From Tubiluchus corallicola (taxonomy: Eukaryota; Animalia; Priapulida): a DNA stretch of 27,366 bases. The stretch spans positions 1 through 27,366 of the forward strand of contig JAQGDQ010001737.1 in assembly GCA_030141605.1 (NCBI GenBank), read 5' to 3'. Within the stretch, counting starts at the first letter, position 1. Every line of letters begins with the position of its first letter. The position numbers and the translations under genes are program-made. Of this stretch, positions 10,981 to 21,820 are shown piece after piece. The notes beneath the pieces were generated by a model. That model was given only the letters and a program-made list of their open reading frames with translations, was not told the origin of the DNA and did not search any database.

Positions 10981-12168
10981 ACACAACAGAAGCAGAAAGA
11001 TTGCAAATGAACAACACAAGACACAACAGAAGCAGAAAGATTGCAAATGAACAACACAAGACACAACAGAAGCAGAAAGATTGCAAATGAACAACAAAAG
11101 ACACACCAGAAACAGAAAGATTGTAAATGAACAACACTAGACACAACAGAAACAAAAAGATTGTAAGAGAACAACACTAGACACACCAGAAACAAAAAGA
11201 TTATAAATGAACAACACAAGACACAACAGAAGCAGAAAGATTGCAAATGAACAACAAAAGACACACCAGAAACAGAAAGATTGCAAATGAACAACACAAG
11301 ACACAACAGAAGCAGAAAGATTGCAAATGAACAACAAAAGACACACCAGAAACAGAAAGATTGTAAATGAACAACACTAGACACAACAGAAACAAAAAGA
11401 TTGTAAGAGAACAACACTAGACACACCAGAAACAAAAAGATTATAAATGAACAACACAAGACACAACAGAAGCAGAAAGATTGCAAATGAACAACAAAAG
11501 ACACACCAGAAACAGAAAGATTGTAAATGAACAACACTAGACACAACAGAAACAAAAAGATTGTAAGAGAACAACACTAGACACACCAGAAACAAAAAGA
11601 TTATAAATGAACAACACTAGACACAACAGAAGCAGAAAGATTGTAAATGAACAACACTAGACACACCAGAAACAAAAAGATTGTAAATGAACAACACAAG
11701 ACACACCAGAAACAAAAAGATTGTAAATGAACAACACTAGACATACCAGAAACAAAAAGATTGTAAATGAACAACACTAGACACACCAGAAACAAAAAGA
11801 TTGTAAGAGAACAACACTAGACACAACAGAAGCAGAAAGATCGTAAATGAACAAAACAAGACACACCAGAAACAAAAAGATTGTAAATGAACAACACTAT
11901 ACACACCAGAAACAAAAAGATTGTAAATGAACAACACCAGATACACCAGAAACAGAAAGATTGTAAATGAACAACACTAGACACAACAGAAACAAAAAGA
12001 TTGTAAATGAACAACACTAGACACACCAGAAACAAAAAGATATGTAAATGAACAACAAAAGACACACCAGAAACAAAAAGATTGTAAATGAACAACACTA
12101 GACACAACAGAAGCAGAAAGATTGTAAATGAACAACACAAGACACACCAGAAACAGAAAGATTGTAAA
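10981..12168. repeat. 40-bp minisatellite, ~30 copies, intronic
   Basis: Unit ACACA(A/C)CAGAA(G/A)CA(G/A)AAAGATTG(C/T)AAATGAACAACAC(A/T)AG with strict 40-nt period and one 1-nt insertion near 12042. Confidence 0.97.
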
Positions 12169-12210
12169 TTAAATTTTATCAGCATAAACGTTTCCTAAGG
12201 CTGTTTGTTA

Positions 12211-12847
12211 GGCCAATTTCACAGTGAGGACACATGGAACGACGCATGGAATTGCCGCCAGAAAATCAGAAAATTTTTTGAAAATTCCCGATTTTTCTTG
12301 AAATCCTACACAGCAAAAAAAAAATTCATTTCACAGCTGCAGCATTTCTGAGATTATTTTACTGTCTAAATTACTTGCCGTACGAAGTACAATTAACAAT
12401 TCTACTAGCGATTTCAAAATCTGAAAATACACTTGTATATGCGGTGCTTTATTTTTCTTTTTCACAAATATAACCATCAATGTTGCATTAACAAAACATG
12501 AAATCGTCAGTCTGTTAAAAGGGAGATTAAATCTTAGAATATTATGCAGAAATATGCTAATTGTCGTTCGTCAAATATGAAAGAAGTAATTGAGTTGTTA
12601 AATTTAAGATTGAATTCCATGAGGAATCCTCACGAAAATGGAACTTGCAGTATTTCTATCATGCGGCAAAATTTTTCACGAGGAGGACGCATAGCTTTTA
12701 GCTGGCAGCAGAATTCCTCACGATGAGCTGCATAAGAAGTTTTGCCACGCATCCGCATTGTGAAACGCCCCATAGAAAACAATGTGTTCCATTTTTGGAA
12801 TCTCTCCTCGACGTACTTTGCTGTACATCCTCACTGTGAAATGGGCT
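12211..12847. mobile_element. MITE with ~20-bp TIRs, PIF/Harbinger-like
   Basis: GGCCAATTTCACAGTGAGGA (12211) versus TCCTCACTGTGAAATGGGCT (12828-12847). TTA at or near both flanks; no transposase. Confidence 0.65.
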
Positions 12848-13217
12848 TAGTCTGTCTTGTGCAATTACTTTCTTTATACAAAATTTGAACGAACCTGGCT
12901 TAAAGTTGAACAAGCTACACTGCTTGGTCTGTTTTCAAGGTGTTGTCTATGTTTTTTCTGTATCTATAACTGCAATTTCTTTAACAGCATGAAGAAGCCA
13001 AAATCGATAATCAATCATCAGTTAATAATTAATTATTTAAAAATGCCTATGTTTAGCTTCTGGGACAAAAAACCAGTTACCAATCTGTTTTTGGCAAAAT
13101 CTAACGACCTACCCCAAAACACACCCCTTGCCAATCACCCATTATGAGACCTCTAGTCAATTTTGGCAACATAGACTAGTTGACACGACGAGTTTTCAAG
13201 GTCATAATTGAACTTAC

Positions 13218-13403
13218 GTATTTGGTCATCTGTCAAAAGCGTTGACCACACTCTGAGGTCCGTTACGTCACCTACGAAGCTGTTTGTTGCCGGGTTGTTC
13301 GCAACCTGGTCTTGGCCAAACACTAGAGTGCCATTGCCTGGTACTACGAAATAAGACGGAGCACTTCTTTTCCGGCGCAATGGTGGTGGTGGTGGATGCT
13401 CCT
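13218..13403 (-). CDS. pentraxin-domain gene exon, (E)EHPPPPPLRRKRSAPSYFVVPGNGTLVFGQDQ...SFVGDVTDLRVWSTLLTDDQI
   Basis: Pentraxin motifs G-x-L-x-(L/F)GQ(E/D)Q and F-x-G-x-x-x-x-x-x-x-W-x-x-x-L. Acceptor tttcag, donor gtaagt, phase 1/1. Confidence 0.9.
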
Positions 13404-13453
13404 CTGAAATTTTTTACAAAGTAAGGCAGCTTGTTCTTTATATATGTATGCAC

Positions 13454-13455
<2 letters not shown>

Positions 13456-13538
<83 letters not shown>
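13456..13538. repeat. (CA)n microsatellite
   Basis: Directly visible, ~41 units. Confidence 0.98.
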
Positions 13539-13539
<1 letters not shown>

Positions 13540-13742
13540 ACACCTTACAAAAATGATTCCCAAAGAGAGTGACAGATTTCCCAAAACGCAAAAAACTGAA
13601 AAAATCCAAATACCCCGTAAAATTAATTGGCCGTTACGTCTTGAAAACACTCGAAAACGCATTAAAATTTTTCCATTATTTCTCTGTGTTTAGAGACGCT
13701 AAAAGTATGGACAATTACGGAAAAAAGAGACTCCGCACTTAC

Positions 13743-13873
13743 CATGCACCTTTTCACAGTCTATGTACACATTGAATTGTCTGTCTGGGCTACCAGATCC
13801 AGTTCTCCAAGATACACACAAATGGTGCCATTCTCCGTCTCTGAATATATCGTCTAGATCAGGTGCTGTCGTT
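13743..13873 (-). CDS. pentraxin-domain gene exon with family signature, (I)TTAPDLDDIFRDGEWHHLCVSWRTGSGSPDRQFNVYIDCEKVH
   Basis: DG-x-WHH-x-C-x-SW pentraxin signature. Acceptor ctttcag, donor gtaagt; phase 2/1 is consistent with both neighbours. Confidence 0.92.
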
Positions 13874-14339
13874 CTGAAAGAAATCCATTTTTGACAGAAA
13901 GTTTGAGCTATATAGAAAGTAATAGGATAAAGGACGACTCCATTTGCACGTAATGCGTGATGCGTGTTGACTGTTTCCACGTGTGTGTGTCAACGCTACG
14001 CGTATTAACAAAATCCCACGGCGTTTTTCCCACCATTTTGGTCGCTATTCACACAGTAAGAATGACAGTTAAGACAGGCGCCAAACAGGCGTCTACATTC
14101 CGACGGTAAGACTCAGGAATGTTCCAAATGTTGAGGTACGGAGCTGTCTGGATCAGAGCTGTGTTTACATAATATTAAGTTTCCTAATTTTACCACGTGT
14201 TAAGGAGCCAGCTGGTATAGTCGATGGTGGCGCTGCGGCGCAGAAACAGCAGTTTGTTTTTGATTGAGCTCTGGCAAAAATCATTAAATTCAAAGTTCTT
14301 ATCTTTTATCTAAGCTTTTTATAATTGATTATGATATGA

Positions 14340-15380
14340 TGGAGACATAAGGATCGAAAAACACCCAAAAGAACGCAATCTGTTGCCGAGATGAATGCAC
14401 AAAACGCTTCCACTAGTAACGCGTCAAACAATTCAAATATGGCGGGAAAGCAAACGGCTTCGGAACAAACAGCTGATACTACGCAAAATTTACCAACGAA
14501 TACCCAGTCAATACAAAACAACACGACGGCAGCAAGTGATCAGTCGGTCAGCCTACAGTGTTTGAATGCCATTCGAAGCTTACAAGAGCAGGTTAGTGCA
14601 TTAGATGGAAAATTTTCTGAAGAAACAGAAGAAATTAAGCAATCGCAACAGTTAATTTCAAACAGCTTTGAGGATGTGAAGAAAAAGGAAATTTCAGGCG
14701 TAGTCACACAGATAACTTCACTTACATCTAAAGTAAAATCCCTGGAGTTAACTGTTGCTACATTACAAGAATCAGTTAAAGACAAAGATGCAACCATTGA
14801 CAGATTAGAACAATAGAGCAGGAGAGAATGTTTGGAGATTAGTGGGATACCTGAGACAAAGGGATGAGATTGTGAAAGATATAGCAAACATGATGGGAGT
14901 GCAGATAGATGACAGTGACATCAGTGTGTGGTACACATTATTGACAAACATAAGGAAAGAAACACCAAAAATCATAGTTTGTATAAGAAAAGAGGTGAAG
15001 TCGGGTATACCAGCGATTTATGTACTAGGAGATACCATTATGGAAGGCAGAGAATCTACATTAATGAGAATTTGACTCAAAAACGAAAACAACTATTTTA
15101 TGATGTTAAGCAATTCAAAATAGAAAAATTTGTGGACCAAAAATGGTAGAATTTTGTTAAAATACAATGATGAAAGTGAAGTGTTTGGTATAGAAACAGA
15201 AGCAAAGTAGTGAATAGAACAAGTAAACGTGTAAATATTTATGTCAGTTAGGCACCCTTGCAATAAATGTGCTAGACCCTGTAAATTCTATTAACTGTGA
15301 TAATTGTCATCAGTGGACCCATTTAAGATGCACTGCTCTGACAATTAACCAATTCAATATACTAGCAGTGAGCAGCTGTG
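14340..15380 (+). mobile_element. degenerate CR1/L2-type LINE 5' portion: ORF1 plus PHD-finger-like start of the next ORF
   Basis: Coiled coil, then LEQ*SRRECLEISGIPE, IYINENLTQKRKQLF and WTKNGRIL, which are typical ORF1 motifs. Followed by PCNKC..C / SINCDNCHQWTHLRC (PHD-like). Contains an in-frame stop and frameshifts. Confidence 0.85.
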
Positions 15381-15779
15381 AACCTGTGCTTACATTAGAT
15401 AAAGGCGCGTTGCGAAAAATACATCTTGGTCTATGGCACTATCTCCATGTAATATAGAAAAACACATTGTCAGATCACAGAGTATTCGACGAACCTCAAG
15501 TGGCTCAAGATTTAAAAATGCTAATCGGTCAGTGTATGAGATACTGTCAAGATTGCACTTAGCAAATGGCCTGTGATAGGAGTTCCATATGGATGTAAGT
15601 TATATCTGCTTTAGCCTTTTATCATTTCAGAAGCAGTAAAAAAGCTATGTAGAAAGTCTCTGCATTAATGATCATTTGTGGTTCGGTCATAGCACGCAGT
15701 TTCAATTTTGTGCAAAATGTTTTGCATGGCTTTGCTATGCTGTCGGTGTTATAGGTGTCGACATCATCGTCGTCATCAC

Positions 15780-16392
15780 CTACTTTGTGACGTGATGTAG
15801 TGGGTTTGGTGTGGTAATTGTAATGGGTGTGAGTTGTTGTTGTGGTGGATATGATGTGGTGCAGTGTGCTGTGGATGATGTGGTCTGGGTTGTGTGGTGT
15901 TGGTGATGTGATGTGGGTAGTGTGGTAAGGGTTATATAGAATGGGTGGTGTGGTGTGTTCACTGTGGAGTGGTGTGGTATAACATGGTGTGAGTGGTGTG
16001 GTGTGGTGTGTTCACGGTGGAGTGGTGTGTTGTACCATGGTGCGAGTGGTGTTGTATTCTCGGTGTGACGTGGATGGTATGGTGTGGATGATGTGGTGTG
16101 GTGTGGTGTGTTCACTGTGGAGTGGTGTGGTATAACATGGTGTGAGTGGTGTGGTGTGGTGTGGTGTGGTGTGTTCACGGTGGAGTGGTGTGGTATAACA
16201 TGGTGTGAGTGGTGTGGTGTGTTCACTGTGGAGTGGTGTGGTATAACATGGTGTGAGTGGTGTGGTGTGGTGTGTTCACGGTGGAGTGGTGTGTTGTACC
16301 ATGGTGCGAGTGGTGTTGTATTCTCGGTGTGACGTGGATGGTATGGTGTGGATGATGTGGTGTGGTGTGAGTGGTGCATTGGGTGTGTCATG
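15780..16392. repeat. GT/GTG-rich low-complexity repeat with internal duplications
   Basis: GTGTG/GTG runs; a ~45-55-bp subunit (TTCAC.GTGGAGTGGTGTGGTATAACATGG) occurs 4 times; a block at ~16001-16105 is repeated 264 nt downstream. Confidence 0.9.
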
Positions 16393-16623
16393 GTGAGCTC
16401 ATGAGCAAATTTTTGGCTGGGTTTTGCTCGTTATAAAAATGTTGTAATACTGATGCTAGGTTTATAACTGTCTTAGTTTATACAGAGTGGTAATTATTTT
16501 GAGATATTACTTGCTATTATTATTAAAAATCATTAAAATAATTATTTATTATACATAAAATATACAGCTAATTACACATAAATAATTATATAATTATAAA
16601 TATTTAATGAGTATTAATAATAT

Positions 16624-16936
16624 TGTTGCGGGGCACCCTTAGTCAGGGTTGGCTTTGCGCATGCGCGTCATTTGCTATGAAAGCAGTGAGCACGTAATTT
16701 TCTACGTCTCTGTCGTGGTTGTCACGTCCACTATGTGTGCTGCTCTTTCTATTGCCTAGCAGTGGTTGTCATTTTGGTAGGTACGGCATAGTTTGAATAT
16801 AATTAATTATCTTTTGTCTTTCTCTCTTGTGCACTCCTTCCTAGTAGAATGCAGCATGGTCACGCGAAGGCTGACTGCTCGGCCATCTTTGCGTCCCTCG
16901 ACCTCCTGGCGGCTCCCAGGGGAGGGCTCCGTAACA
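16624..16936. mobile_element. solo LTR (Gypsy-like), 313 bp
   Basis: Imperfect inverted termini TGTTGCGGGGC ... GCTCCGTAACA (TG..CA) with a perfect 4-bp TSD ATAT (16620-16623, 16937-16940). GC-richer than its flanks. Confidence 0.75.
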
Positions 16937-17010
16937 ATATCATTATGCAAAATTATACAAGCACTCTATTTGTGAGATAGTAGGTTGAAGACAGTAATAA
17001 TACTACTTAC

Positions 17011-17162
17011 ATTTTTGGCCCGAATGGATCATTATTAATCTCAAGAGCAATGTGCCCATCTGCAATTTTAAGTGTGATGGATCTGTCGGTTTCAGGATCA
17101 TTGCGATCATAAGAAATGAGAGTCATGGTTTGTGGATCAGTAGAAAAGTCCGCCTTAATCCA
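17011..17162 (-). CDS. pentraxin-domain gene exon, WIKADFSTDPQTMTLISYDRNDPETDRSITLKIADGHIALEINNDPFGPK
   Basis: Not in the supplied ORF track. Acceptor tttttcag, donor gtaagt, phase 0/2. Joins to give LTTCQWIK, and TLISY resembles the pentraxin T-x-F-SY motif. Confidence 0.88.
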
Positions 17163-17760
17163 CTGAAAAATAAAGTCAGTTTTTATACTAACTCGACATT
17201 CGGCAACTGATATTGTAAATATTTGTATTTAATACAAATGTTTAAATAAAAGTTATTAATAAATTTCCCGAAATCAAACTTGTTCAATGCAGAGAAAAAT
17301 AAAAATTTCTGATGAACTAAAAAAAAATAAAAAAAAATAAAAAAAAATTGCAACACAGAAACACACACAAAAAATACAAAATCAACGCAAAACAGCCGTC
17401 ATGGTTGACCTAAAGTAAGTGTAATAAACCATGAACTCATGCAATATTTGATCCATCGTTTCATATAAACCTGTTTCCTACTTTCGAGTTTAAACATTTT
17501 ATGTAGGGTACGGTGGCCCAGTGGTCTAGACTAAGCAGATAGCGGGATACGCTTAAACCTGTGAGTAACATTAGTCCCTAAACCACGCAGACCAGCACAA
17601 TCCTCCCTACTCCTGTGTACACAGACAAAGGTATAAGGACCATGGTATATTCCATAATCGGTAAGATTATTGTTAGAATGGTTGATACTGTCGGAAATCC
17701 TCTCTAAACTGTCTGAGTTCATTGGCCCAGATATACATATTTAAACAGTATGTTCATATA

Positions 17761-18467
17761 TAGTAAAACCTCGCTTAACAACTCTCCGTTTAACTACATT
17801 TCATTTTAGCGATGTTGAACATTTCACACCTTTTTTCACTTAACAACACACTGTTTCATTCTAACGTCATTCTTTTTACACTGCTCAAATGCAATTTTTA
17901 TTTTATCTACAACATTTTTTTACCTAATTTGATGCATTAAAACAGTTGCATTATTCTAATTAACTAATTCTAATTTAATTAATATATATATATATATATA
18001 TATACATAATTTTCTAAAAATGCACTAGTGACATAAAGAGTGCAATTGTTATACAAATAAACATTTTTGCTTCCCGACTGACCACTAAATGCAGGCGGTT
18101 TGTATCAGGCCAGACTTTATGCAGGGAATTCTGCCTGCGACCTGTTGCCTTAGTTTCCAGACTAGATAAAATTTCAATGGTTGCCCAGCGCTTGGCTTGG
18201 ACTCTTCTGTAGAGGTTATTGTTGCCTACCCCCGAATGTTAACAAAAGAGAAACCGCTAGCTAGGTAAGTAAGATAATATAGGTAGTTTCAAGCAGTGAG
18301 TAACACGCTTAAAATTAATTAAAATAAAATTAACATGATTTAAGCAGCATTGATTTTGACTCTGGATTCTATCTCTGTTCTTTTACTTATCTTCTATGGA
18401 AGTCTTGGCTTCCTTTAGCCATGTTTCGCATAACGTCGCATAAACGTCGTTAAGCGAGTACTTATAG
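17761..18467. mobile_element. pogo/Tigger-like non-autonomous DNA transposon
   Basis: Imperfect TIRs TA|TAGTAAAACCTCGCTTAACAAC versus GTCGTTAAGCGAGTACTTATAG|TA. Confidence 0.5.
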
Positions 18468-18836
18468 TAAATAACCATGCGTTTTGGTTTAAGATATACT
18501 AACCTGGTCCATTAAATTTATTTTTTTTCATATTAAACACAAGTGGTAATTAAAAAACAAGTGTTTACATAAAAATCATCAAATCAATGATGTGGGGGGG
18601 GGGGGGGAGACGCGTCTGCTGGTAATTATCTGTTCGTAAGCTGCTCATAAGCGCCAGCCAAAAAGCAAAAATCTATTTAAGTCCACAAAGGCATTTAAAT
18701 AAAAAAGTTTTCATATTTTAAAAATACGTGCAAGCAAAATGCACGTGTTCGTGCACACATGGCAAACGAACGACCCAAAGCTTCACATTCCGGATTAGTC
18801 TAAGAGTCGTTAAGTAAATAAATTAGCGTTTTGTAC

Positions 18837-18955
18837 CTGGCATGTAGTTAAAGCTTCGATTGTATCCGGTGGTGAATCAAATTGGATTGCATTAGTGCTG
18901 GATTGTTGTGCGAATCTTACCACAAACGGGTCTCGAACTTCTCGAACATACGTGA
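18837..18955 (-). CDS. pentraxin-domain gene exon, (L)TYVREVRDPFVVRFAQQSSTNAIQFDSPPDTIEALTTCQ
   Basis: Start of the domain (F-x-x-x-S-x-T-N ... T-x-C). Acceptor atttttag, donor gtacaa, phase 1/0. Confidence 0.85.
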
Positions 18956-19039
18956 CTAAAAATAAACAAAAAATTTCAGTAATCTGGTTTGCAAAGAAGT
19001 GACTATTTAACCACATAAAGCTGCATGATCTTTACTTAC

Positions 19040-19219
19040 GATTGTCAAAAAGAGAAAGGCGAGATAACAATTCTTCCCTCTTTGCAGCATCTTCATGCAA
19101 TTTGTCCAATTCTTCTTCAGTAAGATGATCTTCAAGGTCAAATGAGTTTCCAAGGTTGTAAGACTTCGGCGACAAGCTCTTCACCAAGGCTTCTCGAAAT
19201 CGTGAAAATACCGTAGCAG
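19040..19219 (-). CDS. pentraxin-domain gene exon, acidic N-terminal region ATVFSRFREALVKSLSPKSYNLGNSFDLEDHLTEEELDKLHEDAAKREELLSRLSLFDN
   Basis: 180-nt open exon with acceptor ttaacag and donor gtaagt, phase 1/1. Joins the next exon in frame across an 84-nt intron. Confidence 0.75.
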
Positions 19220-19266
19220 CTGTTAATAAAGGAATAGACGAATAATCGATAATCAATTTTCATTAA

Positions 19267-19818
19267 AGGAAGACAGGATGACTTCTCATATACAACCCCA
19301 TTTTCAAGTGTGATAAAAAGTATATTTTAACACAATTAATACTGCAAAAGCGTTTCTGGAAATTACATGATAGATTAAAAACTTATTTAACAGCGGGCGA
19401 AGCCAACTATTGATGACATCACAAACTAACATAATTTTCAAGAGCAACCATATTCCACGAGCATGTTGCACGTATTTACGAAAGCGAAAATCGAAGTACA
19501 GCAAAAATTTATTGCTGTGCTCCCGCATGAGCTGTTGAACGTGTGCAATTCGTCACAAACTAACACATCTGAACTAAATGGCACAGCAGACGTTTTTTGT
19601 GCAATGCATTTCAGAAATGCAGGATCCAGTGCCCGCCTAACTAGCAAATGGCTAAATGCATGTAAGAGGGAAGAATTGGTGGAGCGAACGTGAAATTGCA
19701 TTTGTGTGTTAATAATTCTTTCACGTAAGTCATTTTTCAAAAAAATAGTATGTTCCTTTCAATATTTTAAGGAGTATATTGTTTTAACCTACAATTTAAG
19801 ATTTGGTCCTGTTTTGCT
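19267..19818. mobile_element. TTAA-flanked MITE (Kolobok-like), copy 1
   Basis: TTAA|AGGAAGACAGG ... CCTGTTTTGCT|TTAA (TIRs match 9/11). Homology to 25352-25929 stops at these ends. Confidence 0.75.
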
Positions 19819-19890
19819 TTAAAAACTACAATAAAAACACACAGGTTACAAATTTGTGCAAGACGACATCATATAGAATTCACAAAGTTA

Positions 19891-20252
19891 AGCCGCATTC
19901 ACATTAATAAGATTTTTCACACTCATGTGCACGCGAAGTTGCTGTAAGTCAAAGGTTAAACGCTCCACTCAGTAACGCGCCTTTAAGTACAACGGTAGCG
20001 TGAGTAAGGCAAAGCCGTCTGCCGGTTCAGTTCTGTAACTACAGTTGTTTCACGTAGACTTGTTTGGAAACAAGAAAAAATGAACTAGGTAAAGTTCTAC
20101 CTAGTTGTCACAACTGTTACTATTACAATAGCATGGGCTGCGAAGCATTGTCAAGTGTACACAAACGCGTTGTCTGGTACATTTAACCTTTGACCTTTCC
20201 ATGATCATCATCTATCGCTGGAAATGTGAAAAGGCTTATTGTGAATGAACTG
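19891..20252. mobile_element. foldback MITE-like element
   Basis: CATTCACA..ATAAG..TTTTCACA is mirrored by TGTGAAAA..CTTATTGTGAATG. Inner pair GTCAAAGGTTAAA / TTTAACCTTTGAC; internal hairpin AACTAGGTA..TACCTAGTT. Confidence 0.5.
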
Positions 20253-20389
20253 ATAGTAGGCATTAGCGTCATGCTGTTCTTACGGTGACTTTTCAATTTT
20301 TTGCTAAAGATAATTCGCAAAGTAGTTCACACTTGCGAGTTTACTGTCAGAGAGAAACGCCCCAAGTGGTCATAAACGTAACTAGAACG

Positions 20390-20460
20390 TATTATTATTA
20401 TTATTATTACTATTATTATTATTATTATTATTATTATTTTATTATTATTATTATTATTAC

Positions 20461-20559
<99 letters not shown>

Positions 20560-20574
20560 TACTACTACTACTAC

Positions 20575-20610
<36 letters not shown>

Positions 20611-20620
20611 TATTATTATA
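20390..20620. repeat. (TTA)n microsatellite
   Basis: Directly visible, with CTA interruptions. Confidence 0.98.
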
Positions 20621-20912
20621 ATTGTCATTATTTACAAACTAATCAAAGACCTAATGAATAACGAATCAGAAAGTTCAAACAAAATTAAATATGCGTGATA
20701 CAGATAAACAAAAAACTGGTTTATTATCTTTTCTCTAAACGGTTTAATTAAACCGGCTTTGTTAAGTTATAAATTTTATACAGATAACATGATTTTTCCC
20801 GTGTTTTACAACCAAACGGCTCAGGCTGCATATTATCCTTAAAAGGGCCACATAGGCCCATAACCTGCTCTCTTGTGACATGTCTGTTTAGGGCAGATTT
20901 TTATGATACGAC

Positions 20913-20973
20913 CTGCTAACATTTCTAGTATAATCTTAAGAGTTGAATGTCTCACTGGATAAATTTGTTGCAT
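20913..20973 (-). CDS. candidate first coding exon of the pentraxin gene, MQQIYPVRHSTLKIILEMLA (exon possibly 21106-20913)
   Basis: A phase-1 donor (weak, gtcgta) is compatible with exon 19219 and gives a weak signal-peptide-like LKIILEMLAAATVFS. Strong acceptor upstream of 21106. Confidence 0.3.
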
Positions 20974-21776
20974 CCTTAGATCAGACTCCTGCTCTTCGAC
21001 TACGCCCAGTTCCCGAGGACTGTAGGGTCATGTTCCAGTGGTATTGCATTTGTAACTGTTCTCTGTAAGTCTATAATACTACCTAGCAGATTTCCACTTT
21101 AAAAACCTGTCAAAACAAAATTTACCTCGGGCACTACTTCCATCTCCAATCGCTAAAACACGAGGTGCTGCTATCAAATTGCAACTCCAAATCTATAAAA
21201 GAAAATGCGTTGATACCAGATTTGATACATATTTTAATGCATTAGCACGGATATAGGAAGAAGGATGGTTAATTACTTTACAATCATTATTGTTGTTGTT
21301 GTTGTTCTGTTGCTGTTGCTGTCGTTGTTATTTTTTTTTAATTATTATGCCAAACACTTGTGCGTTTCACTTTATACCAAAAATTAGAGCCAGCACAACT
21401 CTTTCTATGTTGCCTCTTTCCCCAGTCACAACTTCGTCTTTTTTTTGAATGGTTAATCTGTTTCTTACTGGCTGCTACCAGGGCAGGATTACCCTACAGG
21501 ATTGTATGGGTTGTAGCCTGGAGCCCTCAGTCTTGGGGACCTATATTTGCATTACTGAATAAATCATATAACAAAATTTTCAACTTTAAAAAAGGAGGCC
21601 AGGTCATCTTAAAATCCTCATTTAAGATAAAGGATTCCTATTTAAGGCCTTTATTTGAGACAAAGAACTCTTGTTTGAGGCCCTGTATTTCAGATAAGGG
21701 TCCCTTTTTGAAGGCCTTTATTCGAGGCACTGTGCCCTACTTGCCATTAATTAGTTGAATTAGGCTTCTATCATGG

Positions 21777-21780
<4 letters not shown>

Positions 21781-21819
<39 letters not shown>
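21781..21819. repeat. (AT)n microsatellite
   Basis: Directly visible. Confidence 0.95.

Positions 21820-21820
<1 letters not shown>

Noticed and set aside
10868-12185. Cys/Leu/Phe-rich membrane-protein ORFs, or a CRISPR array
   Set aside because: These are translations of the 40-bp tandem repeat in all frames, and there are no spacers.
15780-16391. His/Thr/Pro-rich 203-aa protein
   Set aside because: Product of a GTG low-complexity repeat inside an intron; no splice support.
17506-17600. tRNA gene or tRNA-SINE head (TGGCCCAGTGGTCTAG A-box-like)
   Set aside because: No clear B box or cloverleaf.
20285-20698. Poly-Tyr/Ile ORFs (likewise poly-Ser 3217-3471 and CV/HT ORFs 13268-13693)
   Set aside because: Microsatellite translations.
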